A stretch of 64,000 nt of DNA from Candidatus Uhrbacteria bacterium (GTDB lineage: Bacteria; Patescibacteriota; Patescibacteriia; UBA9934; GWF2-40-263): NCBI GenBank assembly GCA_016188475.1, contig JACPHT010000006.1:68313-132312 (forward strand), in the 5' to 3' direction. The translations under genes and the position numbers were made by a program. The notes under the pieces were generated by a model. It did not search any database, was not told where the DNA came from, and saw nothing but the letters and a program-made list of their open reading frames with translations. This document shows, piece after piece, positions 17,647 to 27,565 of the stretch. Position 1 is the first letter of the stretch; the number at the start of each line of letters is the position of its first letter.

Positions 17647-19075
17647 TACGTTTTAGGGATTCTTGTTTTTGGAGCACCCAAAGCAATTCAAACGGGCTTG
17701 GCGATCGTTCTGCGCCTGAAAGTGAAACACGAAGCGGCCACAAAACATTTCCATTTTCCAGATCGTTATCCTTAATATACCTTGATATCGCTTGTTCGAT
17801 CAATTGCGGATCGTTGAAAACGATTTCGTCAATTGAAGATATAAATTCAAGAATATTTTTTAATTGTAGTTTCGCATCTTTACTGTCTGATTTTTTCCAT
17901 ACAAGCAGTTCTTTTTCATAAACAGGATTGGATTGGTAAGAGTCAACGACTGCAGATATGTCAGACAATAAGTTTATTCTAGATTTCTCGATTTTACAGA
18001 TGCGTCGCAAAATATCGTCTTCAACTTTTCCCTTCAAAAATGGCTTAACTCTCGATACAAAATCTTCATCTGAAAGTTTTTTTATATACTGACCGTTCAT
18101 CCACAAAAGTTTGTTAACATCAAACACCGCTCCGCTTTTGTTAATTTTTTTAAGATCAAAATGCTCAATCAATTCTTCTCGAGTATATATTTCCCTATCA
18201 GCTGTTGGATTAAAACCAAGCAGTGAAACGAAATTTTCAAGCGCCTCTTCCAAAAATCCTTTTGCAAGATAATCTTCAACAGCAACATCTCCTTGTCGTT
18301 TTGAAAGTTTTGTTTTATCTGGATTCAAAATGAGTGGAAGATGCGCGAAAATTGGAATAGGAAAACCAAACCAATTATAGAGAATTACATGTTTTGGAAC
18401 CGAAGAGATCCACTCTTCCCCACGTATGATATGGGTCACACCCATCAAATAATCATCAACAACGACTGCTAAATGATAAGTTGGGAAACCGTCGGCTTTG
18501 AGAAGTACTTGATCGTCAATTTCTTGATTGTCGATCGTAACATCGCCTCGAATTTCGTCGTGAAACATTGTCTTCCCATCTGGAATTTTCATTCGTATAA
18601 CATTTGATTCACCTGATTGCAATTTTGTTTGAATTTCTTCTGCTGATAGCTTTAAACAATTTCGATCGTATTTTGTTGTTTGCTTAATTGCTTGTTGTTG
18701 TTCGCGTAATTTAGTAAGACGTTCTTTTGAGCAAAAACAATAATACGCATGGCCTGAATCAACTAATTGATTTGCGTATTTTTTATAAATTTCAAGACGA
18801 GCAGATTGAACATAAGGCCCATTGTTTCCTTTTTCAACAATCTTTCCATTTCTTACAACAGGACCTTCGTCATAATCAATTTTCATTCTTTCAAGTGTTC
18901 CAATAAGCGACTCAACAGCGCCTTCAACATATCGCTCGCGATCAGTGTCTTCAATTCGCAAAAGAAATTTACCATTATACTTTTTTGCGAAAAAATAATT
19001 ATAGAGCGCTGTTCTAAGCGATCCTACATGCAGATATCCTGTTGGAGATGGCGGAAAACGAGTTTTAACATTCAT
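17618..19075 (-). CDS. gltX: glutamyl-tRNA synthetase
   Basis: RFPPSPTGYLHVGSLRTALYNY (HIGH motif) and KLSKRQG (KMSKS-like); 485 aa. Confidence 0.9.
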   Translation of the reverse strand: MNVKTRFPPSPTGYLHVGSLRTALYNYFFAKKYNGKFLLRIEDTDRERYVEGAVESLIGTLERMKIDYDEGPVVRNGKIVEKGNNGPYVQSARLEIYKKYANQLVDSGHAYYCFCSKERLTKLREQQQAIKQTTKYDRNCLKLSAEEIQTKLQSGESNVIRMKIPDGKTMFHDEIRGDVTIDNQEIDDQVLLKADGFPTYHLAVVVDDYLMGVTHIIRGEEWISSVPKHVILYNWFGFPIPIFAHLPLILNPDKTKLSKRQGDVAVEDYLAKGFLEEALENFVSLLGFNPTADREIYTREELIEHFDLKKINKSGAVFDVNKLLWMNGQYIKKLSDEDFVSRVKPFLKGKVEDDILRRICKIEKSRINLLSDISAVVDSYQSNPVYEKELLVWKKSDSKDAKLQLKNILEFISSIDEIVFNDPQLIEQAISRYIKDNDLENGNVLWPLRVSLSGAERSPSPFELLWVLQKQESLKRIEHAVKILS

Positions 19076-19078
19076 AAT

Positions 19079-19840
19079 TTATTTGTGCTGTTTCAGTTTA
19101 TCCCAAATAACAAGCAATGGAAAGACGACAACAGCATTGAGAATTCTGCAAATGCGTTTTGGTTCAATTATAACTCTCCAAAGCCATTCCAGCCCATTTT
19201 TACGCATCCATAACGGCGCTCTTTTCAGACGACCGGAAATTGTGTCGAACGCTCCCCCTACACCGATAATTATTTTTAACGAAGGAATCTTTTGACTTAT
19301 TTCCAAAATGAATCTTTCCTGTTTCCCAAAAGATAACGCAACTGCAAGAACGTTAGGTTCTGATTTGATTATTTCATTGGTTAGTTCGTCTGAAATTGAA
19401 ACCGATTCTGAATTTCCCAAAACCAAACCCAGATCAACTGAATCAACGTTTAGATTATGAAATCGTTTCTTTAATATGTTTGCCGCTGATTGAGAAACAA
19501 AATTTTTTCCGCCCAACAAAACCAATTTTTTATTTGTCATTGAACATATTCCAGCCAATAGAATCAACGCGTCAATTCCTGTTTGACGATTTTTTAGTTG
19601 TCTGTTTGTTAGCGCAGATATTGCAAATTTAACACCAACACCATCTGCCAGAGACAGATCGCTTTGATTTAATACGTTCGTAAAATCTGAATCCTTTCGC
19701 GATTTTAAAAGAAATTCTGGGTTTGGAGTGAAAACTATTTTTGCCTGTGCTCCATTTAACCATTTCAAAAACAAGTCAGTTATTTCCTGCGTTGAAATAT
19801 CATCAAAAGGAACCCCGAAAATTTTGTGTCTTTCTGTCAT
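19079..19840 (-). CDS. WecB/TagA/CpsF-family glycosyltransferase (GT26)
   Basis: 253 aa; KIFGVPFDDIS...IVFTPNPEFL...LADGVGV... is characteristic of the WecG/TagA family. Confidence 0.7.
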   Translation of the reverse strand: MTERHKIFGVPFDDISTQEITDLFLKWLNGAQAKIVFTPNPEFLLKSRKDSDFTNVLNQSDLSLADGVGVKFAISALTNRQLKNRQTGIDALILLAGICSMTNKKLVLLGGKNFVSQSAANILKKRFHNLNVDSVDLGLVLGNSESVSISDELTNEIIKSEPNVLAVALSFGKQERFILEISQKIPSLKIIIGVGGAFDTISGRLKRAPLWMRKNGLEWLWRVIIEPKRICRILNAVVVFPLLVIWDKLKQHK

Positions 19841-19887
19841 AATCTGTTGTATTTTGTCTTCGGATGTTAATATAAAGTTATATTACT

Positions 19888-20289
19888 ATGCTTTACATAA
19901 AAAATCCTTTAAGTTTGATTTCAGGTTTGATCGTTTTACCGCTTATCACCTCTTTGATAATACCTTTGATAATTAGTGATATTTGGGTTGAAATTTATCA
20001 CAGAATCTGTTTTCCGCTTTATCACATACCGTGCGTTCGTAGAAAAAGTTACATCCAAATTATGGATAGATCAAGGCTTCCGTATTTAAGTTGGCTCCAA
20101 AAACTCTATTGCATGTATTGTGGATATGGAAACGGTGTTATCCGTTATTGGTCGCAGATTGCTGGAAGAACAGAGCACTATTGGTGCGGGATTCAACATA
20201 AGAAAATTGTTTCTTTTGTAGAACAAGAACATCAAAAAGATTTTTCAAAATATGACGATGAAGAGGATTTTAAAAAGAAGTATCTTTAG
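19888..20289 (+). CDS. hypothetical Cys/His-rich membrane-anchored protein
   Basis: N-terminal TM segment, then C..C/CxxC/HxxC spacing (CFPLYHIPC...CMYCGYG...HYWCGIQH) suggesting a zinc-binding module. Confidence 0.35.
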   Translation: MLYIKNPLSLISGLIVLPLITSLIIPLIISDIWVEIYHRICFPLYHIPCVRRKSYIQIMDRSRLPYLSWLQKLYCMYCGYGNGVIRYWSQIAGRTEHYWCGIQHKKIVSFVEQEHQKDFSKYDDEEDFKKKYL

Positions 20290-20310
20290 AAAATCAAAAA
20301 TTGAAACAAT

Positions 20311-20339
20311 TTGACAAACTTACGTTAGCACTCTAGTAT
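20311..20339 (+). promoter_or_regulatory. sigma70-like promoter of clpB (-35 TTGACA 20311-20316; -10 TAGTAT 20334-20339, 17-bp spacer)
   Basis: Consensus -35 with a near-consensus -10 at 17-bp spacing; overlaps the CIRCE operator. Confidence 0.45.
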
Positions 20340-20351
20340 TACGAGTGCCAA
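20325..20351. promoter_or_regulatory. CIRCE operator (HrcA binding site): TTAGCACTC-N9-GAGTGCcAA
   Basis: Matches the CIRCE consensus TTAGCACTC-N9-GAGTGCTAA with one mismatch; ends 3 nt before the clpB ATG. Confidence 0.7.
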
Positions 20352-20354
20352 AAT

Positions 20355-23036
20355 ATGTTACCAAACAATTTTACACTAAAATCTCAAGAAGCTTTGCAGC
20401 GAGCTCATAATATTGCTGTTGAAAGAGGCCAACAAGCTCTTGAGCCAATACATCTTTTAGCATCACTTCTCACTCAAGATGACGGAGTTATATCAGCGGT
20501 AATTGACAAAGTAACGCAAATGAAAGAAGAGCTTCAGCACGATGTTGATGAAATTTTGAATTCCCTTCCCTCATCAACAGAAGCAATGCCAAGTCATGGC
20601 GGAATGGCTCAAATTTATATGAGCCAACAAATGGCAAACGTCCTAGCAAGCGCTCATAAAATATCAAAACAATTCAAAGACGATTACATTTCAACAGAAC
20701 ATTTACTGCTTGGACTTTTATCAAACAAAGCGATTTCTCGTCTTCTTTCAAATTATCAAATAAATGAAGAAGCAGTGATGCGCGCATTAAAAGATATTCG
20801 AGGATCTCAACGTGTTGACACGCAAGAGCCAGAATCCAGATATCAAGTTTTGCAAAAGTATGGAATTGATTTAACTGAATCGGCTCGTTCAGGCGAGCTT
20901 GACCCAATTATTGGACGAGATAATGAAATCCGTCGCATCATGCAAGTTCTGTCTCGCAGAACAAAAAACAACCCAGTTCTTATTGGTGAAGCAGGAGTTG
21001 GAAAAACAGCGATTGTTGAAGGCCTCGCACAGAGAATTGTTTCTGGTGATGTTCCAGAATTATTAAAAGACAAATCAGTAATCATGCTTGACATAGGCGC
21101 AATGGTTGCTGGAACAAAATTCAGAGGCGAGTTTGAAGACCGTTTGAAAGCTGTGATAAAAGAAATTGAAAATTCTGATGGGAAAATTATTTTGTTTATC
21201 GATGAACTTCACACATTGGTCGGAACTGGAACAACAGAAGGCGGATCGCTTGATGCGTCCAATATGCTTAAACCAGCTCTTGCTCGAGGAAAATTACGAG
21301 CGGTTGGGGCAACAACTCTAAAAGAATACCAGAGATATATCGAAAAAGATCCAGCTCTTGAACGAAGATTTCAACCTGTGATTGTTGATGAACCTTCGAT
21401 TGACGACACAATCGCTATCTTGCGAGGAATAAAAGAAAAATACGAAGTCCATCACGGAGTTCGAATTTCGGATTCAGCAATTATTGCCGCGGCTCAACTT
21501 TCTGCTCGATATATCACAGAGCGTCATCTGCCAGACAAGGCTGTTGATTTAATTGACGAAGCCGCTTCAGCGCTTCGCATGCAAATTGATTCAATGCCGG
21601 AAGAGCTTGATGTTCTTAAGCGAGATATAATGCGTTTGGAAATTGAACAGCGAGCTCTTCAAAAAGAAGAAGACAAAGAATCAAAAAAACGATTGAAAGA
21701 AATTGAAAAGCAATTGGCTGATCTACAAGAGCAAGCCGGCGCTCTTGAAGGTCGTTGGAAAAATGAAAAAGAAAAAATTACAACTCTTCAAGAAATCAAA
21801 GCCAACATTGATCGTCTTCGCGCGCGTGCTGAAATGGAAGAGCGTAAAGGTGATTTGGAAAAAGTTGCGGAGATTCGTTATGCGAAAATTCCATCAGAAG
21901 AAAAGAGATTGAAAGACACAGAACAGCAACTTTCTAAAATTCAAAAAGAGCGCGGCTTGTTAAAAGAAGTAATAAACGAAGAAGATGTTGCGACTGTCGT
22001 TTCAAGATGGACACATATTCCTGTCTCAAAAATGCTTGAGTCCGAAATGGAGAAGCTTTCAAGAATGGAGGACGAGCTTTCAAGGCGTGTTGTTGGGCAA
22101 CAAGAGGCCATTAGCGCTGTTTCAAACGCTCTAAGGCGTTCTAGGGCTGGAATTGGCGAAGAAAGCCGTCCGATCGGATCTTTTATTTTTCTTGGACCAA
22201 CAGGTGTTGGAAAAACAGAGTTGGCACGAGCTTTGGCCTCATTCTTGTTTAATGATGAAACCTCGCTTATTCGTTTGGACATGTCTGAATACATGGAAAA
22301 ACACGGTACAGCAAAAATGATCGGTTCACCTCCCGGATATGTTGGATATGAAGAAGGCGGCCAGCTGACTGAAATGATTCGAAGAAAACCTTACAGTGTT
22401 GTCTTGTTCGATGAAATTGAAAAAGCACATCCTGATACATTCAATTTGCTTTTGCAGATTTTGGAAGATGGAAGACTTACTGACGCAAAGGGTCGTGTTG
22501 TGAATTTCAAAAACACAATTATTATCATGACAAGCAATATCGGCTCAGACATGATCTTGAGTTCTGGAACATCAAAAGAGCAAATGGGTTTTGAAACAGA
22601 CCGCTCCGAGACAAGTGAAGACGACGAAATGAAGAAACGAATCATGGGACTTTTGAAAGATCATTTCAGACCGGAATTTTTGAATCGTGTTGATGATATT
22701 ATTGTTTTCCATTCTCTATCACAAAAACAAATTGGAGAAATTATTGAACGACAATTGCAAATTGTTTTCCACCGTTTGCAAAAACAACGTTCAATAAATA
22801 TATCAATAACGTCTGGAGCAAAAGATCTTATTGCTGAGCGTGGATTTGATCCATCTTATGGCGCGAGACCTCTTAAGCGCGTAATCCAGTCTTTGATTTT
22901 AGATCCTCTTGCTCTTGAAATCGTAAAAGGAGAAATCCCAGAAGGATCAAATGTTTCAGTGTCTGTAAAAAATGACGGGATTCTCATTCAAAAAGAAATT
23001 AAAAAAGAAAGAAAACTGGTCAAAACCGCTGTTTAG
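20355..23036 (+). CDS. clpB: ATP-dependent chaperone ClpB
   Basis: N-domain, two AAA+ modules (GEAGVGKTA; GPTGVGKTE), long coiled-coil M-domain between them; 893 aa. Confidence 0.92.
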   Translation: MLPNNFTLKSQEALQRAHNIAVERGQQALEPIHLLASLLTQDDGVISAVIDKVTQMKEELQHDVDEILNSLPSSTEAMPSHGGMAQIYMSQQMANVLASAHKISKQFKDDYISTEHLLLGLLSNKAISRLLSNYQINEEAVMRALKDIRGSQRVDTQEPESRYQVLQKYGIDLTESARSGELDPIIGRDNEIRRIMQVLSRRTKNNPVLIGEAGVGKTAIVEGLAQRIVSGDVPELLKDKSVIMLDIGAMVAGTKFRGEFEDRLKAVIKEIENSDGKIILFIDELHTLVGTGTTEGGSLDASNMLKPALARGKLRAVGATTLKEYQRYIEKDPALERRFQPVIVDEPSIDDTIAILRGIKEKYEVHHGVRISDSAIIAAAQLSARYITERHLPDKAVDLIDEAASALRMQIDSMPEELDVLKRDIMRLEIEQRALQKEEDKESKKRLKEIEKQLADLQEQAGALEGRWKNEKEKITTLQEIKANIDRLRARAEMEERKGDLEKVAEIRYAKIPSEEKRLKDTEQQLSKIQKERGLLKEVINEEDVATVVSRWTHIPVSKMLESEMEKLSRMEDELSRRVVGQQEAISAVSNALRRSRAGIGEESRPIGSFIFLGPTGVGKTELARALASFLFNDETSLIRLDMSEYMEKHGTAKMIGSPPGYVGYEEGGQLTEMIRRKPYSVVLFDEIEKAHPDTFNLLLQILEDGRLTDAKGRVVNFKNTIIIMTSNIGSDMILSSGTSKEQMGFETDRSETSEDDEMKKRIMGLLKDHFRPEFLNRVDDIIVFHSLSQKQIGEIIERQLQIVFHRLQKQRSINISITSGAKDLIAERGFDPSYGARPLKRVIQSLILDPLALEIVKGEIPEGSNVSVSVKNDGILIQKEIKKERKLVKTAV

Positions 23037-23051
23037 AGATACAATGTAGTC

Positions 23052-24482
23052 ATGAGATCGCCGGATTTATTTAAGAAAAATATCGCTATTTTGTTTATTT
23101 TGAGCCTTGTTTCACCGCAGGGTGTTTTAGCTTCGCAAGATCATGTTTCAATTGAAATTGACCCGGATAATCTTGCTAGTGACGAACAAATGTTAGATGT
23201 GTTCGCTTCAACAAAACAAGAACTCGACTCATTGCTTTCCAGAGGTTCTCTTAATGCTATGAAATTTGCAGATGTTTCGGGAGTTCAAAAAAAAGCAACA
23301 GATATAATTTGGGATACCGCGCAAAAATTTTCTTTGAATCCTAGATTTATAACAGTGCTATTGCAACGAGAACAAAGTTTGATTGAGGATCAAAATCCGT
23401 CAGATGACCAGTTGAATTGGGCAATGGGATATGCAATTTGTGATTCATGCTCAAAATCAGATCCACTCTTGCAAAAATACAAAGGTTTTGCAAATCAAAT
23501 TTTTTTTGCCGCAAAACGAATTCGCGAATCATATCTTTCTGATCTTGAACAGCGCGGATATACAGAAAGCGGAGTTGGTCCAGGGAAAAAAATTATTATT
23601 GATGGAGTCGGAGTAACACCGCAAAATTTCGCGACATCGGTTTTGTATACATATACTCCGCACTTGAATGGAAATCAGAATTTTGTTCGAATATGGAATA
23701 GATGGTTTAACAATCGATACTTTGACGGTTCATTGCTTCAAGACAAAACAACCGGTGGAATATGGCTCATTCAAAATAACTTACGAAGACCAATCGCTTC
23801 AAAAGCGGCATTCGCGTCACGGTTTAGTCAAAACAATATTGTTCAAGTCGGACCAAGCTTGCTTGAATTGTATGAAATCGGAGCCCCAATTATATTTCCA
23901 AACTATTCTCTTTTAAGATCTCCGCGAGGAACTGTTTATCTGATAGTTGACGATGAACGCCGCGGATTCAAATCACAAGAAGCATATCGCGCGCTTGGGT
24001 TTTCTCCAGATGAAATCGTAGATGTAACTTGGCAAGATTTGGATTCTTACAAGGAAGGTGAACCAATCGATACACAAGCTGTTTATCCTCAAGGTACACT
24101 TTTACAAAACAACAAAACTGGAGGCGTATTCTTTATTCAAGATGGAGTTAAACATCCAATCATGTCAAAAGAAATTTATCTTGCGAACTTTCCATCTTCT
24201 AAAGTTACACCAGTTAATCCAACCGATCTTGATGCGTACGAAACAGGAGACGCGTTGTTATTTCCAGATGGAACATTGGTCGCAACTCGAGAATCGCCTG
24301 AAATTTTTTTAATTTCTGACGGAGCAAGGCACCACATTGAGGATGAAGCAACATTTATTACGTTCGGATGGAGATGGAATCAAGTGGTCTGGACAAATGA
24401 AAGATCAATTTTGCTGCATCCGTTATCAAATCCTATAAGTACTTCAATCGTGGATTCTGACATCTCATTAGCAACCCAATAA
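23052..24482 (+). CDS. secreted hypothetical protein with four internal ~60-aa repeats
   Basis: Signal peptide. Repeated blocks: GGIWLIQNNLRRPIASKAAF / GTVYLIVDDERRGFKSQEAY / GGVFFIQDGVKHPIMSKEIY / EIFLISDGARHHIEDEATF. Confidence 0.5.
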   Translation: MRSPDLFKKNIAILFILSLVSPQGVLASQDHVSIEIDPDNLASDEQMLDVFASTKQELDSLLSRGSLNAMKFADVSGVQKKATDIIWDTAQKFSLNPRFITVLLQREQSLIEDQNPSDDQLNWAMGYAICDSCSKSDPLLQKYKGFANQIFFAAKRIRESYLSDLEQRGYTESGVGPGKKIIIDGVGVTPQNFATSVLYTYTPHLNGNQNFVRIWNRWFNNRYFDGSLLQDKTTGGIWLIQNNLRRPIASKAAFASRFSQNNIVQVGPSLLELYEIGAPIIFPNYSLLRSPRGTVYLIVDDERRGFKSQEAYRALGFSPDEIVDVTWQDLDSYKEGEPIDTQAVYPQGTLLQNNKTGGVFFIQDGVKHPIMSKEIYLANFPSSKVTPVNPTDLDAYETGDALLFPDGTLVATRESPEIFLISDGARHHIEDEATFITFGWRWNQVVWTNERSILLHPLSNPISTSIVDSDISLATQ

Positions 24483-24484
24483 GT

Positions 24485-25273
24485 ATGATTTGTTTTGCGG
24501 CTTTCACACCACATTCCCCTCTTCTCATTGATTCAATCGGAAAAGAAAATATAAAAAAATTGACTCAAACAAAAGAGGCGATGAATAAATTGTCAGATGC
24601 TTTGAAATTGAGTCGTCCTGATATTATTTTATTTGTTTCATCTCATAGCTACATGCACGAAAACGCGTTCACTTTGAATCTTCACGACGAGTACATTATT
24701 GAGTTCAATGAATTTGGTGACCTTTCCACGTCAACGGAATTCACGCCTGATCTCGAGCTTATTTCAGCAATACAAAGCGAAGCCAGAAAACAATCATTTC
24801 CTATTGTTGTTGAATCACACTCCTCACTTGATTATGGATGCGGTGTTCCCCTTTTTCTATTAAGCAAAGGAATTAAACCGCGCCTTGTTCCAGTTTCGTA
24901 TAGCGGAGTAGATCGTAAACAACATGTTATTTTTGGACGTCTACTAAACGAAGTCGTGCAACAAAGCCACAAGAGAATCGCTGTTATTGCTTCTGGCGAC
25001 TTGTCTCACAGTCTTTCAAGCGATGCTCCTATGGGATTTCATCCCGAAGGAAAGGAATTTGACGAGATGATGATTCATGCCGTTGAACAAAAATCAATTT
25101 CAAAATTACTTTCGTTCGATGAAAACAGTATTGAAAAAGCATCTGAGTGCGCTTTGAGACCAATGTTGATTCTTTTTGGAATAATCGACAAACTTAAGGT
25201 TCGCACTGAAAATCTATCTTATGAAGCTCCGTTTGGAGTCGGATATTTGGTAGTACAGTTTCATATTTTATGA
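24485..25273 (+). CDS. class III extradiol dioxygenase (LigB) family protein
   Basis: N-terminal AAFTPHSPLL and overall 262 aa size fit the LigB/YgiD family. Confidence 0.45.
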   Translation: MICFAAFTPHSPLLIDSIGKENIKKLTQTKEAMNKLSDALKLSRPDIILFVSSHSYMHENAFTLNLHDEYIIEFNEFGDLSTSTEFTPDLELISAIQSEARKQSFPIVVESHSSLDYGCGVPLFLLSKGIKPRLVPVSYSGVDRKQHVIFGRLLNEVVQQSHKRIAVIASGDLSHSLSSDAPMGFHPEGKEFDEMMIHAVEQKSISKLLSFDENSIEKASECALRPMLILFGIIDKLKVRTENLSYEAPFGVGYLVVQFHIL

Positions 25274-27075
25274 TAGCTGAAGTTTATCCACTTCGTCGGA
25301 TGCCGCGAAGATTTGGCCATTTTGATTATTTTGTTTCTGACAAAATATCACTTGAGCGCGGACAATTTGTTTTAATTCCATTTAGATCAACCACATGCGT
25401 TGGTGTTGTAAAACGCCTTAAAGAACAACAATTAAGAGGGATCGCTTTGAAGGATGTATTATCTATTTTAGATGGAATAAAATTAAGAGATGAAGAGCTT
25501 TCGTTTATTGAAACAGTTGCAAAAACGATTTTTCAGTCGGCTTCCACCTTACTTTTTTCAGCGTTTCCTCAACCTTCAAAATATTCACACAAACAATCAA
25601 ACAACATTGCACACGCAACACCGTTAACAGTTCCGAGCATCGAAAGTTCAACTATTGTGAGATTGGCAAACGCAATGACAGAAAGACGGATCGGCTTTAT
25701 TCAAGCTTTTGATCTTAGACGAACCAGCGCGATCATAGCCAAATTTTTATATGATCGTCCGAAACAAAAAGTCGTTATTTTATGTCCAAATGTTCGAGAC
25801 GCGAGGATTGTAGCAAAATTTCTTGAATCTTTTTCTCCATTTTGCGTTACCGGTGAAGAATCAAACAACGAAAGATTTTCAACGTGGAAATTATATAGGA
25901 AAAAAACAAACGGTCTGCTTATCACAACGCGTGTTGGGATATTTTTTTGTGATTCTTCGACGACAACGGTTGTTGTCGTTCGATCCGGCCATCAAAATCA
26001 CGTTGAACACAGACGTAATCCGCGAATCGATGCAAGAGAAATTGCATATTTATTTTCGCAAAATTTTTCAACGCAATTATTTTTTTTCGACGTTGTGCCT
26101 AGAGTAGATGATCTAATTCGATTTAAGGAAGAAAACATACTTCTGTATAATTCAAATACTGAAATTAAATTTGTGCGTCCATCAACGGAAAAATCCGTAT
26201 CAGAACACAATATAATTGTCTCATCAACAACAAAGTCGATTTCAGAAACTATTGAACAACATGGTCGGGTTCTTATTATCTTAAACAAAAAAGGTTATGC
26301 ATGGAGACTGCGTTGCGGAAATTGTGGGTATGTGTTTGTGTGCTCAAAGTGTGGCCATCTAGTACGTGTTGATGAACAAATATTGACGTGCATTCATTGC
26401 GGCACAATTGATCCTGTTCCATTACGTTGCCCGTCTTGTAACTCTTCAAAAATTGAATTTCGTGGTTTTGGAAGCGGTCGACTTGTTGAGATTTTAAAAA
26501 AATGCTTTCCAAAAACTTCAATTCAAGTCATTGATGCAGAAAAAAAGAATTTTGATCCTGGAACGGATATCACCCTTGCAACTCGAGCTTTTATTGAAAA
26601 TCTATTTGATCCTTCACAAAATAACATGTTTCAATGCGTAGTGTATCTAGACGCCGACCTCCCGTTATTTTCTCCAAATTTTCGAAGCGCTGAACAAGCT
26701 TCAATTTATTTTTATGAGTGGTTCGGATTAGCGCGAGCTAATCACGCGAAATATATCGTCCAAACAGAAGAACAAGATTTTTTTGAACAATATCTTTTCG
26801 AGCCCATTAAAATGTTGGGAGAAGAAAAAACGAGAAGATTAAAATTCCAACAACCGCCGTTTGAGTATTGGGTGCAAATAAAGCTCCGCGAAACAGAAGA
26901 AAGAAAACGTGAATTGCAATTAGATTTATTAAGACAACAACTAGAACGAATCCAATGCGTGCGAGTGACGCATGATTTTGTTGTAAGAGTTCCGTTTTCT
27001 CGAATAAAAGAAGTCCAGAAAATACTTGCGGATTTAAATGATCATTTTCTTATTGACACAAATGCTTTTTTGTGA
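25270..27075 (+). CDS. priA: primosomal protein N' (PriA)-like protein with degenerate ATPase motifs
   Basis: N-terminal 3'-DNA-binding region (GQFVLIPFRSTTCVGVV). PriA-type Cys-rich zinc region CGNCGYVFVCSKCGHL...CIHCG...CPSCN. Expected Walker A (GxGKT) and DEEH positions read QAFDLRRTS and VVRSGHQNH. Confidence 0.6.
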   Translation: MIAEVYPLRRMPRRFGHFDYFVSDKISLERGQFVLIPFRSTTCVGVVKRLKEQQLRGIALKDVLSILDGIKLRDEELSFIETVAKTIFQSASTLLFSAFPQPSKYSHKQSNNIAHATPLTVPSIESSTIVRLANAMTERRIGFIQAFDLRRTSAIIAKFLYDRPKQKVVILCPNVRDARIVAKFLESFSPFCVTGEESNNERFSTWKLYRKKTNGLLITTRVGIFFCDSSTTTVVVVRSGHQNHVEHRRNPRIDAREIAYLFSQNFSTQLFFFDVVPRVDDLIRFKEENILLYNSNTEIKFVRPSTEKSVSEHNIIVSSTTKSISETIEQHGRVLIILNKKGYAWRLRCGNCGYVFVCSKCGHLVRVDEQILTCIHCGTIDPVPLRCPSCNSSKIEFRGFGSGRLVEILKKCFPKTSIQVIDAEKKNFDPGTDITLATRAFIENLFDPSQNNMFQCVVYLDADLPLFSPNFRSAEQASIYFYEWFGLARANHAKYIVQTEEQDFFEQYLFEPIKMLGEEKTRRLKFQQPPFEYWVQIKLRETEERKRELQLDLLRQQLERIQCVRVTHDFVVRVPFSRIKEVQKILADLNDHFLIDTNAFL

Positions 27076-27563
27076 CAAAATTGATTACCACTATGAAAAT
27101 GCGTGTTTTAACTCATCCAAACAAAGCACTTCACGAAAAATCTAAGATTGTTGAAGCTGATCAAATTAAAAGTGAAACCACTTTATCGCTTGTTAATGAT
27201 CTTAAGGAAACGATGATTGAAGAAAACGGTGTCGGGATTGCGGCGCCTCAAATTGGTGTTCAAAAACAAATAATAATTATCGAAACAGAAGCCGGCCCAC
27301 AGGCATTCTTTAACCCGACAATCATACGACATTCAATTCGTAAAATTGAAAGTGAAGAAGGATGTTTGTCAGTTCCAGGAGTTTTTGGAATCGTTCGAAG
27401 ATATAGAAATATCACGGTACAAGCACTTGACGAACAAGCTCGTGTTGTCACAATCAAACTTGGCGCTTTTCCTGCGATTGTGTTTCAACACGAAATTGAT
27501 CACTTAAACGGTATTCTTTTCATTGAAAAGGTTGAAAAATTTACCGATCATAAAAATATATAA
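27072..27563 (+). CDS. def: peptide deformylase
   Basis: GVGIAAPQIG, EGCLSVPG and QHEIDHLNG motifs. Confidence 0.92.
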   Translation: MTKLITTMKMRVLTHPNKALHEKSKIVEADQIKSETTLSLVNDLKETMIEENGVGIAAPQIGVQKQIIIIETEAGPQAFFNPTIIRHSIRKIESEEGCLSVPGVFGIVRRYRNITVQALDEQARVVTIKLGAFPAIVFQHEIDHLNGILFIEKVEKFTDHKNI

Positions 27564-27565
27564 AC

